NCBI GenBank assembly: GCA_977017575.1
Contig: CDRNVI010000105.1
Coordinates: 1-64,000, forward strand
Length of the DNA stretch: 64,000 nucleotides
Direction of reading: 5' to 3'
From: Paramoeba atlantica
Lineage: Eukaryota > Protista > Discosea
Shown here: piece after piece, positions 46,054-59,670 of the stretch
How the letters are laid out: the number at the start of each line of letters is the position of its first letter
Position numbering within the stretch: the first letter of the stretch is position 1
Notes under the pieces: generated by a model
What the model was told of the DNA's origin: nothing
The model's input: only the letters and a program-made list of their open reading frames with translations
Databases searched by the model: none
Made by a program: the position numbers and the translations under genes

Positions 46054-47639
46054 TTCTTAAAGTTTCCCTACTTTTGTAGACATTTCAAAAAGATGCGAAG
46101 GACCCTACTAGAGCACTTAATCATAAACAATTTTGTACATAACAAACCCCCAGAGCCACCATCATCAAAAATAATTCTCAAGAATTTCTCCTCATTGATG
46201 CAAAACGTCTCTTTTAACGCCTTTTATTTTTGTTTTCGCATAGCCGCCCCCCTCTACCACCAATAAACGCATAAACATTTATCAGCCCCAATGCTACCAA
46301 GACCCTTCACAGACAGATTTGGAAGTTCCAAGGCCGACGTCCTCTACCAGTTTTCGCTTTTCCAAGGCGGCACCAACGTTATGTTACCAACACGCTGCTT
46401 CGACGACTTGTATGACAACGCGGCCCACCCAAGAGGCTTAAACCGGGTAAGGGGGCCGGCTCCCTGATGGGAGGAGGGGAAGAAGAATCCAATCCAAAAA
46501 GAAGAAGAAGAGAAGAGAACCGGTTCCCTGATGGGAGCGCCCCTGGCGGCCGTCAGAGTACTGGGCCTAGTCGATTCTCAGCCCAGCCTCTTAGATCGAG
46601 GCCGCCGGGAATTATGCGATGAGCGGGTTCGAAACTTTGATCCCTGAAGGAAGAAGGAAGAAGGTTGCTCGACTAAATGATGCTTTCCAATGTAGGGAAG
46701 TTACTTCGACAAGTGCTTGTGTAGGCTCTAGTTGAATCTTTAGTGTCTCAACGAGGTTCTGCCAATCTTAAAGCAGAGATTTAAGCCGGGCCGAGGGGTC
46801 TGGCCTTTATTTGGGTAGCTTCTACAGAGGAAAGCGGTGTAATTGTAGTTGGAGACGGTGGGCCTTACAACCTGCAGGTTGGGGGTTATATCCCCGATAT
46901 CGACAAAACGCGCAACCTGCCGGCCTCACTACAAAGGGATAGCGACCAGGAGTGCCTTCAAGTCCCACACCCAACCCCAAATCAATCATTCCGGATTGCT
47001 CCGGATGGCCACTGGCAAGCCAGACCCTTCACAGAAAGATTTGGAAGTTCCGAGGCCGACGTCCTCTATCAGTTTCCGCTTTTCCAAGGCGGCACCAACG
47101 TGCTGTTACCAACACGCTGCGTCGACGAACTGTACGTCAACACGGCTTACCCAAGAGGTGTAAGCCGGGTAAGGGAGCTCGTTCCCTGAGGGGAGGGTCC
47201 GGGACGGTCCTCCGAGTACTGGGCCTAGTCGGTTATTAGCCCAGCCTCTTAGAGGGAGGCCGCCAGGAATATTTCGATGAGCGGGTTTGAACTCGCCGTC
47301 TGAGCACCATGTGCTTGAAACTTTGAATTCTTGCTGCTACGCCACCGCTCGGAAAAAGTCCGCTAGGAAGAAGGCCTCCCTCTGGAGGAACGACCCGGAA
47401 CCGCAGAGCCGAACCAGGCTCCAGCGCAGCCGCCGAAAATTCATGCTGCTTACGCAAACGAGGCATGAGACACAGCCTACACGATGCAACGGGGTTGGAC
47501 GCCCGTCCTGGTAGCTACGGTTGGGTACCCGTGCTCGGGCCGCAAGGCTTCGAGTGCCGTCTTGGAAGGGGGCAGCAAGACAATGAAGGTCGGTGGCTTG
47601 AGACTCTACCCTAACGGTGCAGAGCCCTCGGTGTCTTTT

Positions 47640-47675
47640 CTTCTTCTTCTTCTTCTTCTTCTTCTTCTTCTTCTT

Positions 47676-47705
<30 letters not shown>
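47640..47705 (+). repeat. (CTT)22 microsatellite
   Basis: Pure tract. Confidence 0.97.
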
Positions 47706-47706
<1 letters not shown>

Positions 47707-47808
47707 TTCCCCAGAGTCCTGAAAGCTGGTTTGCAACTCTACTACCGCGTTTAACGAAAAGCCTAAATTGAAATATTATAGCCAAAAATAGCCGATTTTC
47801 GGGTAAAA

Positions 47809-48303
47809 ATGGGGTCATTTTTGTGTATTTGTTTTCATTCACGAAATCCGATATTTGCTCGTGGGAAATCACTCGTAGGCATGAATGAAAGCCTGCCGAA
47901 CGTATTGGGTAAAGAATGCGACCCCAACCCCAAGAATGGCGACCTAATGTATGATGTGGACGCAAAGCTCAGGTTACTAAAATTCCATTCGTATAATATA
48001 TATTTGTGCAAGGTAAAGGCGCACATTGGAAACAAATGGAATGAGGAGGCAGATGGTCTAGCACTTTTGGCATCACGAAAAGTGGCACGGGCTCCGACCC
48101 AAAAAAGGAGAAAAACAACTGCTAACTCGGAGGATAGTGAGAATTCACAACCGTCATGGTCTTTGAAAGCCTTACTCAAAAGGAAGTCCCTTGGAAATAA
48201 GCAAGCACGAGACATTCCATCATCGAAGCGCGAAGCTGAGGCGGAAGGGGTATTTCGAGGGAAGGTTGCGAGAGCTGGAGGTAATAGGAAACCGTCTAAG
48301 TAG
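47809..48303 (+). CDS. RNase H-like C-terminal ORF, copy 13
   Basis: K->E allele. Confidence 0.7.
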   Translation: MGSFLCICFHSRNPIFARGKSLVGMNESLPNVLGKECDPNPKNGDLMYDVDAKLRLLKFHSYNIYLCKVKAHIGNKWNEEADGLALLASRKVARAPTQKRRKTTANSEDSENSQPSWSLKALLKRKSLGNKQARDIPSSKREAEAEGVFRGKVARAGGNRKPSK

Positions 48304-49236
48304 GGAGAGAATTGATGGAATTATTTCTTTGCCAACTTAGAATGCCTTGAGGATTATTCATAGGTTATCGGAAAAATATTGTTTGTTTGTACCGTATCAG
48401 ACACATATAAACTCTGAACGTGGAAGCGATAGATGAAAGCTTTCAAGGTGTAAACATTAAGTTTTTCAACCGACTTTACGTCGGTCTTTTGGATTGGATA
48501 TTGGATTGGACCCCAACCACACCATTCTTCCGACCCAAAAAGACCCCTTGAGGTCCGAAAAATACTTTTTCACCTATTTCAGTCGAAAATGGGTCATTTT
48601 GAGTGGCGCACCACGGCTCGAAGAAGAGATACCTTGAGAAACCAAAGGCCGAGAAAGCTAGTATAGGCCCCGAACTATCAAAATACAACAGGGGAAAGAA
48701 TATTGAAAAAATATTTTCTTTGCCAGTTTTTTCGCCAAGTTGAATTTTTTTTCAAAAACATCCGAACTTGGCGGACCCGTCCTGCGGATACGAGGGGGGG
48801 CCACCCCCGGGTAGGGGGCGGAAAATAAGCGCCAACCCCGGCTACCCATTCTGCGGGTTTTTTTCGAAAAAAAAATTTCAAAAAAAAAAATCGTGCGGTA
48901 TGCCCCCCTGTGTTCCTCTTTATATTTTCACTGTTTTTGTTCACTCTTTTTTCAATAATCGAGGGTAGAGTGGTAGTTATACAACCACCGCAATATAATA
49001 ATTAAGATATCGCCCAAAGCCCCACCATGAGCGGACAAAGAACCTGCCACTCAAATGCTTGAATTAGCGCTACCCGGCTTCACATGCGATAACTGAGTTT
49101 CGTTTTGCTCGAGAACTCACGAGATACACCTTGCCAGGGGACCCTCCAGTGTGAAGTGGGTTTCAAATCTTGAACTCATCTTTTTTGATATTTTCAAAAA
49201 TATTTACTCAGTCCGCTACTTTTTTAAAATAACAAA

Positions 49237-49998
49237 TTGATGAATTTCGGGCTTCAAGTTTCCAGCCCTCCCTCATGCAAGGTATTTGTGGATGGGGTGC
49301 CAGATGTTGAAATCGAGGAAAGCGATATTTTCAAACAGAAGTTATGCGTCACGCCAAAACATCTCCAACGATCCTCCGTAATCCTGTTTTCTTCTCTTTC
49401 TCAACCCATAGGAATTTCCACGTCGAGCGGGGACCAATTCGTGTTAGACCCGGAGGGTGGAGCCGTTAACTTTACTTGTGCGAGCATGTTGAGCATCACG
49501 TTTCACAATCTTTTAAAGAAGGAAGCAGAAAGTGTATGTAGAGATGTTCTTGGTCTTTTTCAAGACAATTTTGTTAATCCTTCATCTGGGGCCCTTTCAT
49601 ACGACTACGTGAGGAACCAGATTGATCAGAAATACCTTTTTAATGTTTTGAAGTTTCAGAGAATGGTTAAAAATGCAGGCAACCCATTTTACCAATACCT
49701 TGGGAAAGACCTTTGCAGGTGGATAGTTTTGCATTCAAGTTCAAAAAAGCCCAATTTTGGATTTACACGAGGAAAAGAGTATAGTGATCTCTTAAAATTT
49801 TCTGTTAGCCAGATCATGGGGGAAGAAGTTGCGATGAGCGACCTTTATCAGCTGGTAAGGGGTGAGAAAACCTTTGATTTGCTCCTTTCTTCAAATTTTA
49901 CTGTGTTGAAAAAGTTTCTTGTGAAATTTAATGCTGAGTTTCTTTGGTTTCAAGATGAGGCTTCAAAAAAGACATTAATTTCCACAAATCCCCTTTGA
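49237..49998 (+). CDS. Orphan 253-aa ORF, copy 13
   Basis: V38, K226. Confidence 0.65.
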   Translation: MMNFGLQVSSPPSCKVFVDGVPDVEIEESDIFKQKLCVTPKHLQRSSVILFSSLSQPIGISTSSGDQFVLDPEGGAVNFTCASMLSITFHNLLKKEAESVCRDVLGLFQDNFVNPSSGALSYDYVRNQIDQKYLFNVLKFQRMVKNAGNPFYQYLGKDLCRWIVLHSSSKKPNFGFTRGKEYSDLLKFSVSQIMGEEVAMSDLYQLVRGEKTFDLLLSSNFTVLKKFLVKFNAEFLWFQDEASKKTLISTNPL

Positions 49999-51584
49999 TT
50001 CTTAAAGTTTCCCTACTTTTGTAGACATTTCAAAAAGATGCGAAGGACCCTACTAGAGCACTTAATCATAAACAATTTTGTACATAACAAACCCCCAGAG
50101 CCACCATCATCAAAAATAATTCTCAAGAATTTCTCCTCATTGATGCAAAACGTCTCTTTTAACGCCTTTTATTTTTGTTTTCGCATAGCCGCCCCCCTCT
50201 ACCACCAATAAACGCATAAACATTTATCAGCCCCAATGCTACCAAGACCCTTCACAGACAGATTTGGAAGTTCCAAGGCCGACGTCCTCTACCAGTTTTC
50301 GCTTTTCCAAGGCGGCACCAACGTTATGTTACCAACACGCTGCTTCGACGACTTGTATGACAACGCGGCCCACCCAAGAGGCTTAAACCGGGTAAGGGGG
50401 CCGGCTCCCTGATGGGAGGAGGGGAAGAAGAATCCAATCCAAAAAGAAGAAGAAGAGAAGAGAACCGGTTCCCTGATGGGAGCGCCCCTGGCGGCCGTCA
50501 GAGTACTGGGCCTAGTCGATTCTCAGCCCAGCCTCTTAGATCGAGGCCGCCGGGAATTATGCGATGAGCGGGTTCGAAACTTTGATCCCTGAAGGAAGAA
50601 GGAAGAAGGTTGCTCGACTAAATGATGCTTTCCAATGTAGGGAAGTTACTTCGACAAGTGCTTGTGTAGGCTCTAGTTGAATCTTTAGTGTCTCAACGAG
50701 GTTCTGCCAATCTTAAAGCAGAGATTTAAGCCGGGCCGAGGGGTCTGGCCTTTATTTGGGTAGCTTCTACAGAGGAAAGCGGTGTAATTGTAGTTGGAGA
50801 CGGTGGGCCTTACAACCTGCAGGTTGGGGGTTATATCCCCGATATCGACAAAACGCGCAACCTGCCGGCCTCACTACAAAGGGATAGCGACCAGGAGTGC
50901 CTTCAAGTCCCACACCCAACCCCAAATCAATCATTCCGGATTGCTCCGGATGGCCACTGGCAAGCCAGACCCTTCACAGAAAGATTTGGAAGTTCCGAGG
51001 CCGACGTCCTCTATCAGTTTCCGCTTTTCCAAGGCGGCACCAACGTGCTGTTACCAACACGCTGCGTCGACGAACTGTACGTCAACACGGCTTACCCAAG
51101 AGGTGTAAGCCGGGTAAGGGAGCTCGTTCCCTGAGGGGAGGGTCCGGGACGGTCCTCCGAGTACTGGGCCTAGTCGGTTATTAGCCCAGCCTCTTAGAGG
51201 GAGGCCGCCAGGAATATTTCGATGAGCGGGTTTGAACTCGCCGTCTGAGCACCATGTGCTTGAAACTTTGAATTCTTGCTGCTACGCCACCGCTCGGAAA
51301 AAGTCCGCTAGGAAGAAGGCCTCCCTCTGGAGGAACGACCCGGAACCGCAGAGCCGAACCAGGCTCCAGCGCAGCCGCCGAAAATTCATGCTGCTTACGC
51401 AAACGAGGCATGAGACACAGCCTACACGATGCAACGGGGTTGGACGCCCGTCCTGGTAGCTACGGTTGGGTACCCGTGCTCGGGCCGCAAGGCTTCGAGT
51501 GCCGTCTTGGAAGGGGGCAGCAAGACAATGAAGGTCGGTGGCTTGAGACTCTACCCTAACGGTGCAGAGCCCTCGGTGTCTTTT

Positions 51585-51620
51585 CTTCTTCTTCTTCTTC
51601 TTCTTCTTCTTCTTCTTCTT

Positions 51621-51650
<30 letters not shown>
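51585..51650 (+). repeat. (CTT)22 microsatellite
   Basis: Pure tract. Confidence 0.97.
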
Positions 51651-51651
<1 letters not shown>

Positions 51652-51753
51652 TTCCCCAGAGTCCTGAAAGCTGGTTTGCAACTCTACTACCGCGTTTAAC
51701 GAAAAGCCTAAATTGAAATATTATAGCCAAAAATAGCCGATTTTCGGGTAAAA

Positions 51754-52248
51754 ATGGGGTCATTTTTGTGTATTTGTTTTCATTCACGAAATCCGATATT
51801 TGCTCGTGGGAAATCACTCGTAGGCATGAATGAAAGCCTGCCGAACGTATTGGGTAAAGAATGCGACCCCAACCCCAAGAATGGCGACCTAATGTATGAT
51901 GTGGACGCAAAGCTCAGGTTACTAAAATTCCATTCGTATAATATATATTTGTGCAAGGTAAAGGCGCACATTGGAAACAAATGGAATGAGGAGGCAGATG
52001 GTCTAGCACTTTTGGCATCACGAAAAGTGGCACGGGCTCCGACCCAAAAAAGGAGAAAAACAACTGCTAACTCGGAGGATAGTGAGAATTCACAACCGTC
52101 ATGGTCTTTGAAAGCCTTACTCAAAAGGAAGTCCCTTGGAAATAAGCAAGCACGAGACATTCCATCATCGAAGCGCGAAGCTGAGGCGGAAGGGGTATTT
52201 CGAGGGAAGGTTGCGAGAGCTGGAGGTAATAGGAAACCGTCTAAGTAG
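51754..52248 (+). CDS. RNase H-like C-terminal ORF, copy 14
   Basis: K->E allele. Confidence 0.7.
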   Translation: MGSFLCICFHSRNPIFARGKSLVGMNESLPNVLGKECDPNPKNGDLMYDVDAKLRLLKFHSYNIYLCKVKAHIGNKWNEEADGLALLASRKVARAPTQKRRKTTANSEDSENSQPSWSLKALLKRKSLGNKQARDIPSSKREAEAEGVFRGKVARAGGNRKPSK

Positions 52249-53181
52249 GGAGAGAATTGATGGAATTATTTCTTTGCCAACTTAGAATGCCTTGAGGATT
52301 ATTCATAGGTTATCGGAAAAATATTGTTTGTTTGTACCGTATCAGACACATATAAACTCTGAACGTGGAAGCGATAGATGAAAGCTTTCAAGGTGTAAAC
52401 ATTAAGTTTTTCAACCGACTTTACGTCGGTCTTTTGGATTGGATATTGGATTGGACCCCAACCACACCATTCTTCCGACCCAAAAAGACCCCTTGAGGTC
52501 CGAAAAATACTTTTTCACCTATTTCAGTCGAAAATGGGTCATTTTGAGTGGCGCACCACGGCTCGAAGAAGAGATACCTTGAGAAACCAAAGGCCGAGAA
52601 AGCTAGTATAGGCCCCGAACTATCAAAATACAACAGGGGAAAGAATATTGAAAAAATATTTTCTTTGCCAGTTTTTTCGCCAAGTTGAATTTTTTTTCAA
52701 AAACATCCGAACTTGGCGGACCCGTCCTGCGGATACGAGGGGGGGCCACCCCCGGGTAGGGGGCGGAAAATAAGCGCCAACCCCGGCTACCCATTCTGCG
52801 GGTTTTTTTCGAAAAAAAAATTTCAAAAAAAAAAATCGTGCGGTATGCCCCCCTGTGTTCCTCTTTATATTTTCACTGTTTTTGTTCACTCTTTTTTCAA
52901 TAATCGAGGGTAGAGTGGTAGTTATACAACCACCGCAATATAATAATTAAGATATCGCCCAAAGCCCCACCATGAGCGGACAAAGAACCTGCCACTCAAA
53001 TGCTTGAATTAGCGCTACCCGGCTTCACATGCGATAACTGAGTTTCGTTTTGCTCGAGAACTCACGAGATACACCTTGCCAGGGGACCCTCCAGTGTGAA
53101 GTGGGTTTCAAATCTTGAACTCATCTTTTTTGATATTTTCAAAAATATTTACTCAGTCCGCTACTTTTTTAAAATAACAAA

Positions 53182-53943
53182 TTGATGAATTTCGGGCTTC
53201 AAGTTTCCAGCCCTCCCTCATGCAAGGTATTTGTGGATGGGGTGCCAGATGTTGAAATCGAGGAAAGCGATATTTTCAAACAGAAGTTATGCGTCACGCC
53301 AAAACATCTCCAACGATCCTCCGTAATCCTGTTTTCTTCTCTTTCTCAAACCATAGGAATTTCCACGTCGAGCGGGGACCAATTCGTGTTAGACCCGGAG
53401 GGTGGAGCCGTTAACTTTACTTGTGCGAGCATGTTGAGCATCACGTTTCACAATCTTTTAAAGAAGGAAGCAGAAAGTGTATGTAGAGATGTTCTTGGTC
53501 TTTTTCAAGACAATTTTGTTAATCCTTCATCTGGGGCCCTTTCATACGACGACGTGAGGAACCAGATTGATCAGAAATACCTTTTTAATGTTTTGAAGTT
53601 TCAGAGAATGGTTAAAAATGCAGGCAACCCATTTTACCAATACCTTGGGAAAGACCTTTGCAGGTGGATAGTTTTGCATTCAAGTTCAAAAAAGCCCAAT
53701 TTTGGATTTACACGAGGAAAAGAGTATAGTGATCTCTTAAAATTTTCTGTTAGCCAGATCATGGGGGAAGAAGTTGCGATGAGCGACCTTTATCAGCTGG
53801 TAAGGGGTGAGAAAACCTTTGATTTGCTCCTTTCTTCAAATTTTACTGTGTTGAAAAGGTTTCTTGTGAAATTTAATGCTGAGTTTCTTTGGTTTCAAGA
53901 TGAGGCTTCAAAAAAGACATTATTTTCCACAAATCCCCTTTGA
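53182..53943 (+). CDS. Orphan 253-aa ORF, copy 14
   Basis: V38, R226, P57T, private Y124D and I248F. Confidence 0.65.
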   Translation: MMNFGLQVSSPPSCKVFVDGVPDVEIEESDIFKQKLCVTPKHLQRSSVILFSSLSQTIGISTSSGDQFVLDPEGGAVNFTCASMLSITFHNLLKKEAESVCRDVLGLFQDNFVNPSSGALSYDDVRNQIDQKYLFNVLKFQRMVKNAGNPFYQYLGKDLCRWIVLHSSSKKPNFGFTRGKEYSDLLKFSVSQIMGEEVAMSDLYQLVRGEKTFDLLLSSNFTVLKRFLVKFNAEFLWFQDEASKKTLFSTNPL

Positions 53944-55529
53944 TTCTTAAAGTTTCCCTACTTTTGTAGACATTTCAAAAAGATGCGAAGGACCCTAATA
54001 GAGCACTTAATCATAAACAATTTTGTACATAACAAACCCCCAGAGCCACCATCATCAAAAATAATTCTCAAGAATTTCTCCTCATTGATGCAAAACGTCT
54101 CTTTTAACGCCTTTTATTTTTGTTTTCGCATAGCCGCCCCCCTCTACCACCAATAAACGCATAAACATTTATCAGCCCCAATGCTACCAAGACCCTTCAC
54201 AGACAGATTTGGAAGTTCCAAGGCCGACGTCCTCTACCAGTTTTCGCTTTTCCAAGGCGGCACCAACGTTATGTTACCAACACGCTGCTTCGACGACTTG
54301 TATGACAACGCGGCCCACCCAAGAGGCTTAAACCGGGTAAGGGGGCCGGCTCCCTGATGGGAGGAGGGGAAGAAGAATCCAATCCAAAAAGAAGAAGAAG
54401 AGAAGAGAACCGGTTCCCTGATGGGAGCGCCCCTGGCGGCCGTCAGAGTACTGGGCCTAGTCGATTCTCAGCCCAGCCTCTTAGATCGAGGCCGCCGGGA
54501 ATTATGCGATGAGCGGGTTCGAAACTTTGATCCCTGAAGGAAGAAGGAAGAAGGTTGCTCGACTAAATGATGCTTTCCAATGTAGGGAAGTTACTTCGAC
54601 AAGTGCTTGTGTAGGCTCTAGTTGAATCTTTAGTGTCTCAACGAGGTTCTGCCAATCTTAAAGCAGAGATTTAAGCCGGGCCGAGGGGTCTGGCCTTTAT
54701 TTGGGTAGCTTCTACAGAGGAAAGCGGTGTAATTGTAGTTGGAGACGGTGGGCCTTACAACCTGCAGGTTGGGGGTTATATCCCCGATATCGACAAAACG
54801 CGCAACCTGCCGGCCTCACTACAAAGGGATAGCGACCAGGAGTGCCTTCAAGTCCCACACCCAACCCCAAATCAATCATTCCGGATTGCTCCGGATGGCC
54901 ACTGGCAAGCCAGACCCTTCACAGAAAGATTTGGAAGTTCCGAGGCCGACGTCCTCTATCAGTTTCCGCTTTTCCAAGGCGGCACCAACGTGCTGTTACC
55001 AACACGCTGCGTCGACGAACTGTACGTCAACACGGCTTACCCAAGAGGTGTAAGCCGGGTAAGGGAGCTCGTTCCCTGAGGGGAGGGTCCGGGACGGTCC
55101 TCCGAGTACTGGGCCTAGTCGGTTATTAGCCCAGCCTCTTAGAGGGAGGCCGCCAGGAATATTTCGATGAGCGGGTTTGAACTCGCCGTCTGAGCACCAT
55201 GTGCTTGAAACTTTGAATTCTTGCTGCTACGCAACCGCTCGGAAAAAGTCCGCTAGGAAGAAGGCCTCCCTCTGGAGGAACGACCCGGAACCGCAGAGCC
55301 GAACCAGGCTCCAGCGCAGCCGCCGAAAATTCATGCTGCTTACGCAAACGAGGCATGAGACACAGCCTACACGATGCAACGGGGTTGGACGCCCGTCCTG
55401 GTAGCTACGGTTGGGTACCCGTGCTCGGGCCGCAAGGCTTCGAGTGCCGTCTTGGAAGGGGGCAGCAAGACAATGAAGGTCGGTGGCTTGAGACTCTACC
55501 CTAACGGTGCAGAGCCCTCGGTGTCTTTT

Positions 55530-55577
55530 CTTCTTCTTCTTCTTCTTCTTCTTCTTCTTCTTCTTCTTCTTCTTCTT

Positions 55578-55607
<30 letters not shown>
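55530..55607 (+). repeat. (CTT)26 microsatellite
   Basis: Pure tract. Confidence 0.97.
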
Positions 55608-55608
<1 letters not shown>

Positions 55609-55710
55609 TTCCCCAGAGTCCTGAAAGCTGGTTTGCAACTCTACTACCGCGTTTAACGAAAAGCCTAAATTGAAATATTATAGCCAAAAATAGCCGATTT
55701 TCGGGTAAAA

Positions 55711-56205
55711 ATGGGGTCATTTTTGTGTATTTGTTTTCATTCACGAAATCCGATATTTGCTCGTGGGAAATCACTCGTAGGCATGAATGAAAGCCTGCCG
55801 AACGTATTGGGTAAAGAATGCGACCCCAACCCCAAGAATGGCGACCTAATGTATGATGTGGACGCAAAGCTCAGGTTACTAAAATTCCATTCGTATAATA
55901 TATATTTGTGCAAGGTAAAGGCGCACATTGGAAACAAATGGAATGAGGAGGCAGATGGTCTAGCACTTTTGGCATCACGAAAAGTGGCACGGGCTCCGAC
56001 CCAAAAAAGGAGAAAAACAACTGCTAACTCGGAGGATAGTGAGAATTCACAACCGTCATGGTCTTTGAAAGCCTTACTCAAAAGGAAGTCCCTTGGAAAT
56101 AAGCAAGCACGAGACATTCCATCATCGAAGCGCGAAGCTGAGGCGGAAGGGGTATTTCGAGGGAAGGTTGCGAGAGCTGGAGGTAATAGGAAACCGTCTA
56201 AGTAG
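55711..56205 (+). CDS. RNase H-like C-terminal ORF, copy 15
   Basis: K->E allele. Confidence 0.7.
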   Translation: MGSFLCICFHSRNPIFARGKSLVGMNESLPNVLGKECDPNPKNGDLMYDVDAKLRLLKFHSYNIYLCKVKAHIGNKWNEEADGLALLASRKVARAPTQKRRKTTANSEDSENSQPSWSLKALLKRKSLGNKQARDIPSSKREAEAEGVFRGKVARAGGNRKPSK

Positions 56206-57138
56206 GGAGAGAATTGATGGAATTATTTCTTTGCCAACTTAGAATGCCTTGAGGATTATTCATAGGTTATCGGAAAAATATTGTTTGTTTGTACCGTATC
56301 AGACACATATAAACTCTGAACGTGGAAGCGATAGATGAAAGCTTTCAAGGTGTAAACATTAAGTTTTTCAACCGACTTTACGTCGGTCTTTTGGATTGGA
56401 TATTGGATTGGACCCCAACCACACCATTCTTCCGACCCAAAAAGACCCCTTGAGGTCCGAAAAATACTTTTTCACCTATTTCAGTCGAAAATGGGTCATT
56501 TTGAGTGGCGCACCACGGCTCGAAGAAGAGATACCTTGAGAAACCAAAGGCCGAGAAAGCTAGTATAGGCCCCGAACTATCAAAATACAACAGGGGAAAG
56601 AATATTGAAAAAATATTTTCTTTGCCAGTTTTTTCGCCAAGTTGAATTTTTTTTCAAAAACATCCGAACTTGGCGGACCCGTCCTGCGGATACGAGGGGG
56701 GGCCACCCCCGGGTAGGGGGCGGAAAATAAGCGCCAACCCCGGCTACCCATTCTGCGGGTTTTTTTCGAAAAAAAAATTTCAAAAAAAAAAATCGTGCGG
56801 TATGCCCCCCTGTGTTCCTCTTTATATTTTCACTGTTTTTGTTCACTCTTTTTTCAATAATCGAGGGTAGAGTGGTAGTTATACAACCACCGCAATATAA
56901 TAATTAAGATATCGCCCAAAGCCCCACCATGAGCGGACAAAGAACCTGCCACTCAAATGCTTGAATTAGCGCTACCCGGCTTCACATGCGATAACTGAGT
57001 TTCGTTTTGCTCGAGAACTCACGAGATACACCTTGCCAGGGGACCCTCCAGTGTGAAGTGGGTTTCAAATCTTGAACTCATCTTTTTTGATATTTTCAAA
57101 AATATTTACTCAGTCCGCTACTTTTTTAAAATAACAAA

Positions 57139-57900
57139 TTGATGAATTTCGGGCTTCAAGTTTCCAGCCCTCCCTCATGCAAGGTATTTGTGGATGGGGT
57201 GCCAGATGTTGAAATCGAGGAAAGCGATATTTTCAAACAGAAGTTATGCGTCACGCCAAAACATCTCCAACGATCCTCCGTAATCCTGTTTTCTTCTCTT
57301 TCTCAAACCATAGGAATTTCCACGTCGAGCGGGGACCAATTCGTGTTAGACCCGGAGGGTGGAGCCGTTAACTTTACTTGTGCGAGCATGTTGAGCATCA
57401 CGTTTCACAATCTTTTAAAGAAGGAAGCAGAAAGTGTATGTAGAGATGTTCTTGGTCTTTTTCAAGACAATTTTGTTAATCCTTCATCTGGGGCCCTTTC
57501 ATACGACTACGTGAGGAACCAGATTGATCAGAAATACCTTTTTAATGTTTTGAAGTTTCAGAGAATGGTTAAAAATGCAGGCAACCCATTTTACCAATAC
57601 CTTGGGAAAGACCTTTGCAGGTGGATAGTTTTGCATTCAAGTTCAAAAAAGCCCAATTTTGGATTTACACGAGGAAAAGAGTATAGTGATCTCTTAAAAT
57701 TTTCTGTTAGCCAGATCATGGGGGAAGAAGTTGCGATGAGCGACCTTTATCAGCTGGTAAGGGGTGAGAAAACCTTTGATTTGCTCCTTTCTTCAAATTT
57801 TACTGTGTTGAAAAAGTTTCTTGTGAAATTTAATGCTGAGTTTCTTTGGTTTCAAGATGAGGCTTCAAAAAAGACATTAATTTCCACAAATCCCCTTTGA
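57139..57900 (+). CDS. Orphan 253-aa ORF, copy 15
   Basis: V38, K226, P57T. Confidence 0.65.
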   Translation: MMNFGLQVSSPPSCKVFVDGVPDVEIEESDIFKQKLCVTPKHLQRSSVILFSSLSQTIGISTSSGDQFVLDPEGGAVNFTCASMLSITFHNLLKKEAESVCRDVLGLFQDNFVNPSSGALSYDYVRNQIDQKYLFNVLKFQRMVKNAGNPFYQYLGKDLCRWIVLHSSSKKPNFGFTRGKEYSDLLKFSVSQIMGEEVAMSDLYQLVRGEKTFDLLLSSNFTVLKKFLVKFNAEFLWFQDEASKKTLISTNPL

Positions 57901-59486
57901 TTCTTAAAGTTTCCCTACTTTTGTAGACATTTCAAAAAGATGCGAAGGACCCTACTAGAGAACTTAATCATAAACAATTTTGTACATAACAAACCCCCAG
58001 AGCCACCATCATCAAAAATAATTCTCAAGAATTTCTCCTCATTGATGCAAAACGTCTCTTTTAACGCCTTTTATTTTTGTTTTCGCATAGCCGCCCCCCT
58101 CTACCACCAATAAACGCATAAACATTTATCAGCCCCAATGCTACCAAGACCCTTCACAGACAGATTTGGAAGTTCCAAGGCCGACGTCCTCTACCAGTTT
58201 TCGCTTTTCCAAGGCGGCACCAACGTTATGTTACCAACACGCTGCTTCGACGACTTGTATGACAACGCGGCCCACCCAAGAGGCTTAAACCGGGTAAGGG
58301 GGCCGGCTCCCTGATGGGAGGAGGGGAAGAAGAATCCAATCCAAAAAGAAGAAGAAGAGAAGAGAACCGGTTCCCTGATGGGAGCGCCCCTGGCGGCCGT
58401 CAGAGTACTGGGCCTAGTCGATTCTCAGCCCAGCCTCTTAGATCGAGGCCGCCGGGAATTATGCGATGAGCGGGTTCGAAACTTTGATCCCTGAAGGAAG
58501 AAGGAAGAAGGTTGCTCGACTAAATGATGCTTTCCAATGTAGGGAAGTTACTTCGACAAGTGCTTGTGTAGGCTCTAGTTGAATCTTTAGTGTCTCAACG
58601 AGGTTCTGCCAATCTTAAAGCAGAGATTTAAGCCGGGCCGAGGGGTCTGGCCTTTATTTGGGTAGCTTCTACAGAGGAAAGCGGTGTAATTGTAGTTGGA
58701 GACGGTGGGCCTTACAACCTGCAGGTTGGGGGTTATATTCCCGATATCGACAAAACTCGCAACCTGCCGGCCTCACTACAAAGGGAAAGCGACCAGGAGT
58801 GCCTTCAAGTCCCACACCCAACCCCAAATCAATCATTCCGGATTGCTCCGGATGGCCACTGGCAAGCCAGACCCTTCACAGAAAGATTTGGAAGTTCCGA
58901 GGCCGACGTCCTCTATCAGTTTCCGCTTTTCCAAGGCGGCACCAACGTGCTGTTACCAACACGCTGCGTCGACGAACTGTACGTCAACACGGCTTACCCA
59001 AGAGGTGTAAGCCGGGTAAGGGAGCTCGTTCCCTGAGGGGAGGGTCCGGGACGGTCCTCCGAGTACTGGGCCTAGTCGGTTATTAGCCCAGCCTCTTAGA
59101 GGGAGGCCGCCAGGAATATTTCGATGAGCGGGTTTGAACTCGCCGTCTGAGCACCATGTGCTTGAAACTTTGAATTCTTGCTGCTACGCAACCGCTCGGA
59201 AAAAGTCCGCTAGGAAGAAGGCCTCCCTCTGGAGGAACGACCCGGAACCGCAGAGCCGAACCAGGCTCCAGCGCAGCCGCCGAAAATTCATGCTGCTTAC
59301 GCAAACGAGGCATGAGACACAGCCTACACGATGCAACGGGGTTGGACGCCCGTCCTGGTAGCTACGGTTGGGTACCCGTGCTCGGGCCGCAAGGCTTCGA
59401 GTGCCGTCTTGGAAGGGGGCAGCAAGACAATGAAGGTCGGTGGCTTGAGACTCTACCCTAACGGTGCAGAGCCCTCGGTGTCTTTT

Positions 59487-59537
59487 CTTCTTCTTCTTCT
59501 TCTTCTTCTTCTTCTTCTTCTTCTTCTTCTTCTTCTT

Positions 59538-59567
<30 letters not shown>
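59487..59567 (+). repeat. (CTT)27 microsatellite
   Basis: Pure tract. Confidence 0.97.
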
Positions 59568-59568
<1 letters not shown>

Positions 59569-59670
59569 TTCCCCAGAGTCCTGAAAGCTGGTTTGCAACT
59601 CTACTACCGCGTTTAACGAAAAGCCTAAATTGAAATATTATAGCCAAAAATAGCCGATTTTCGGGTAAAA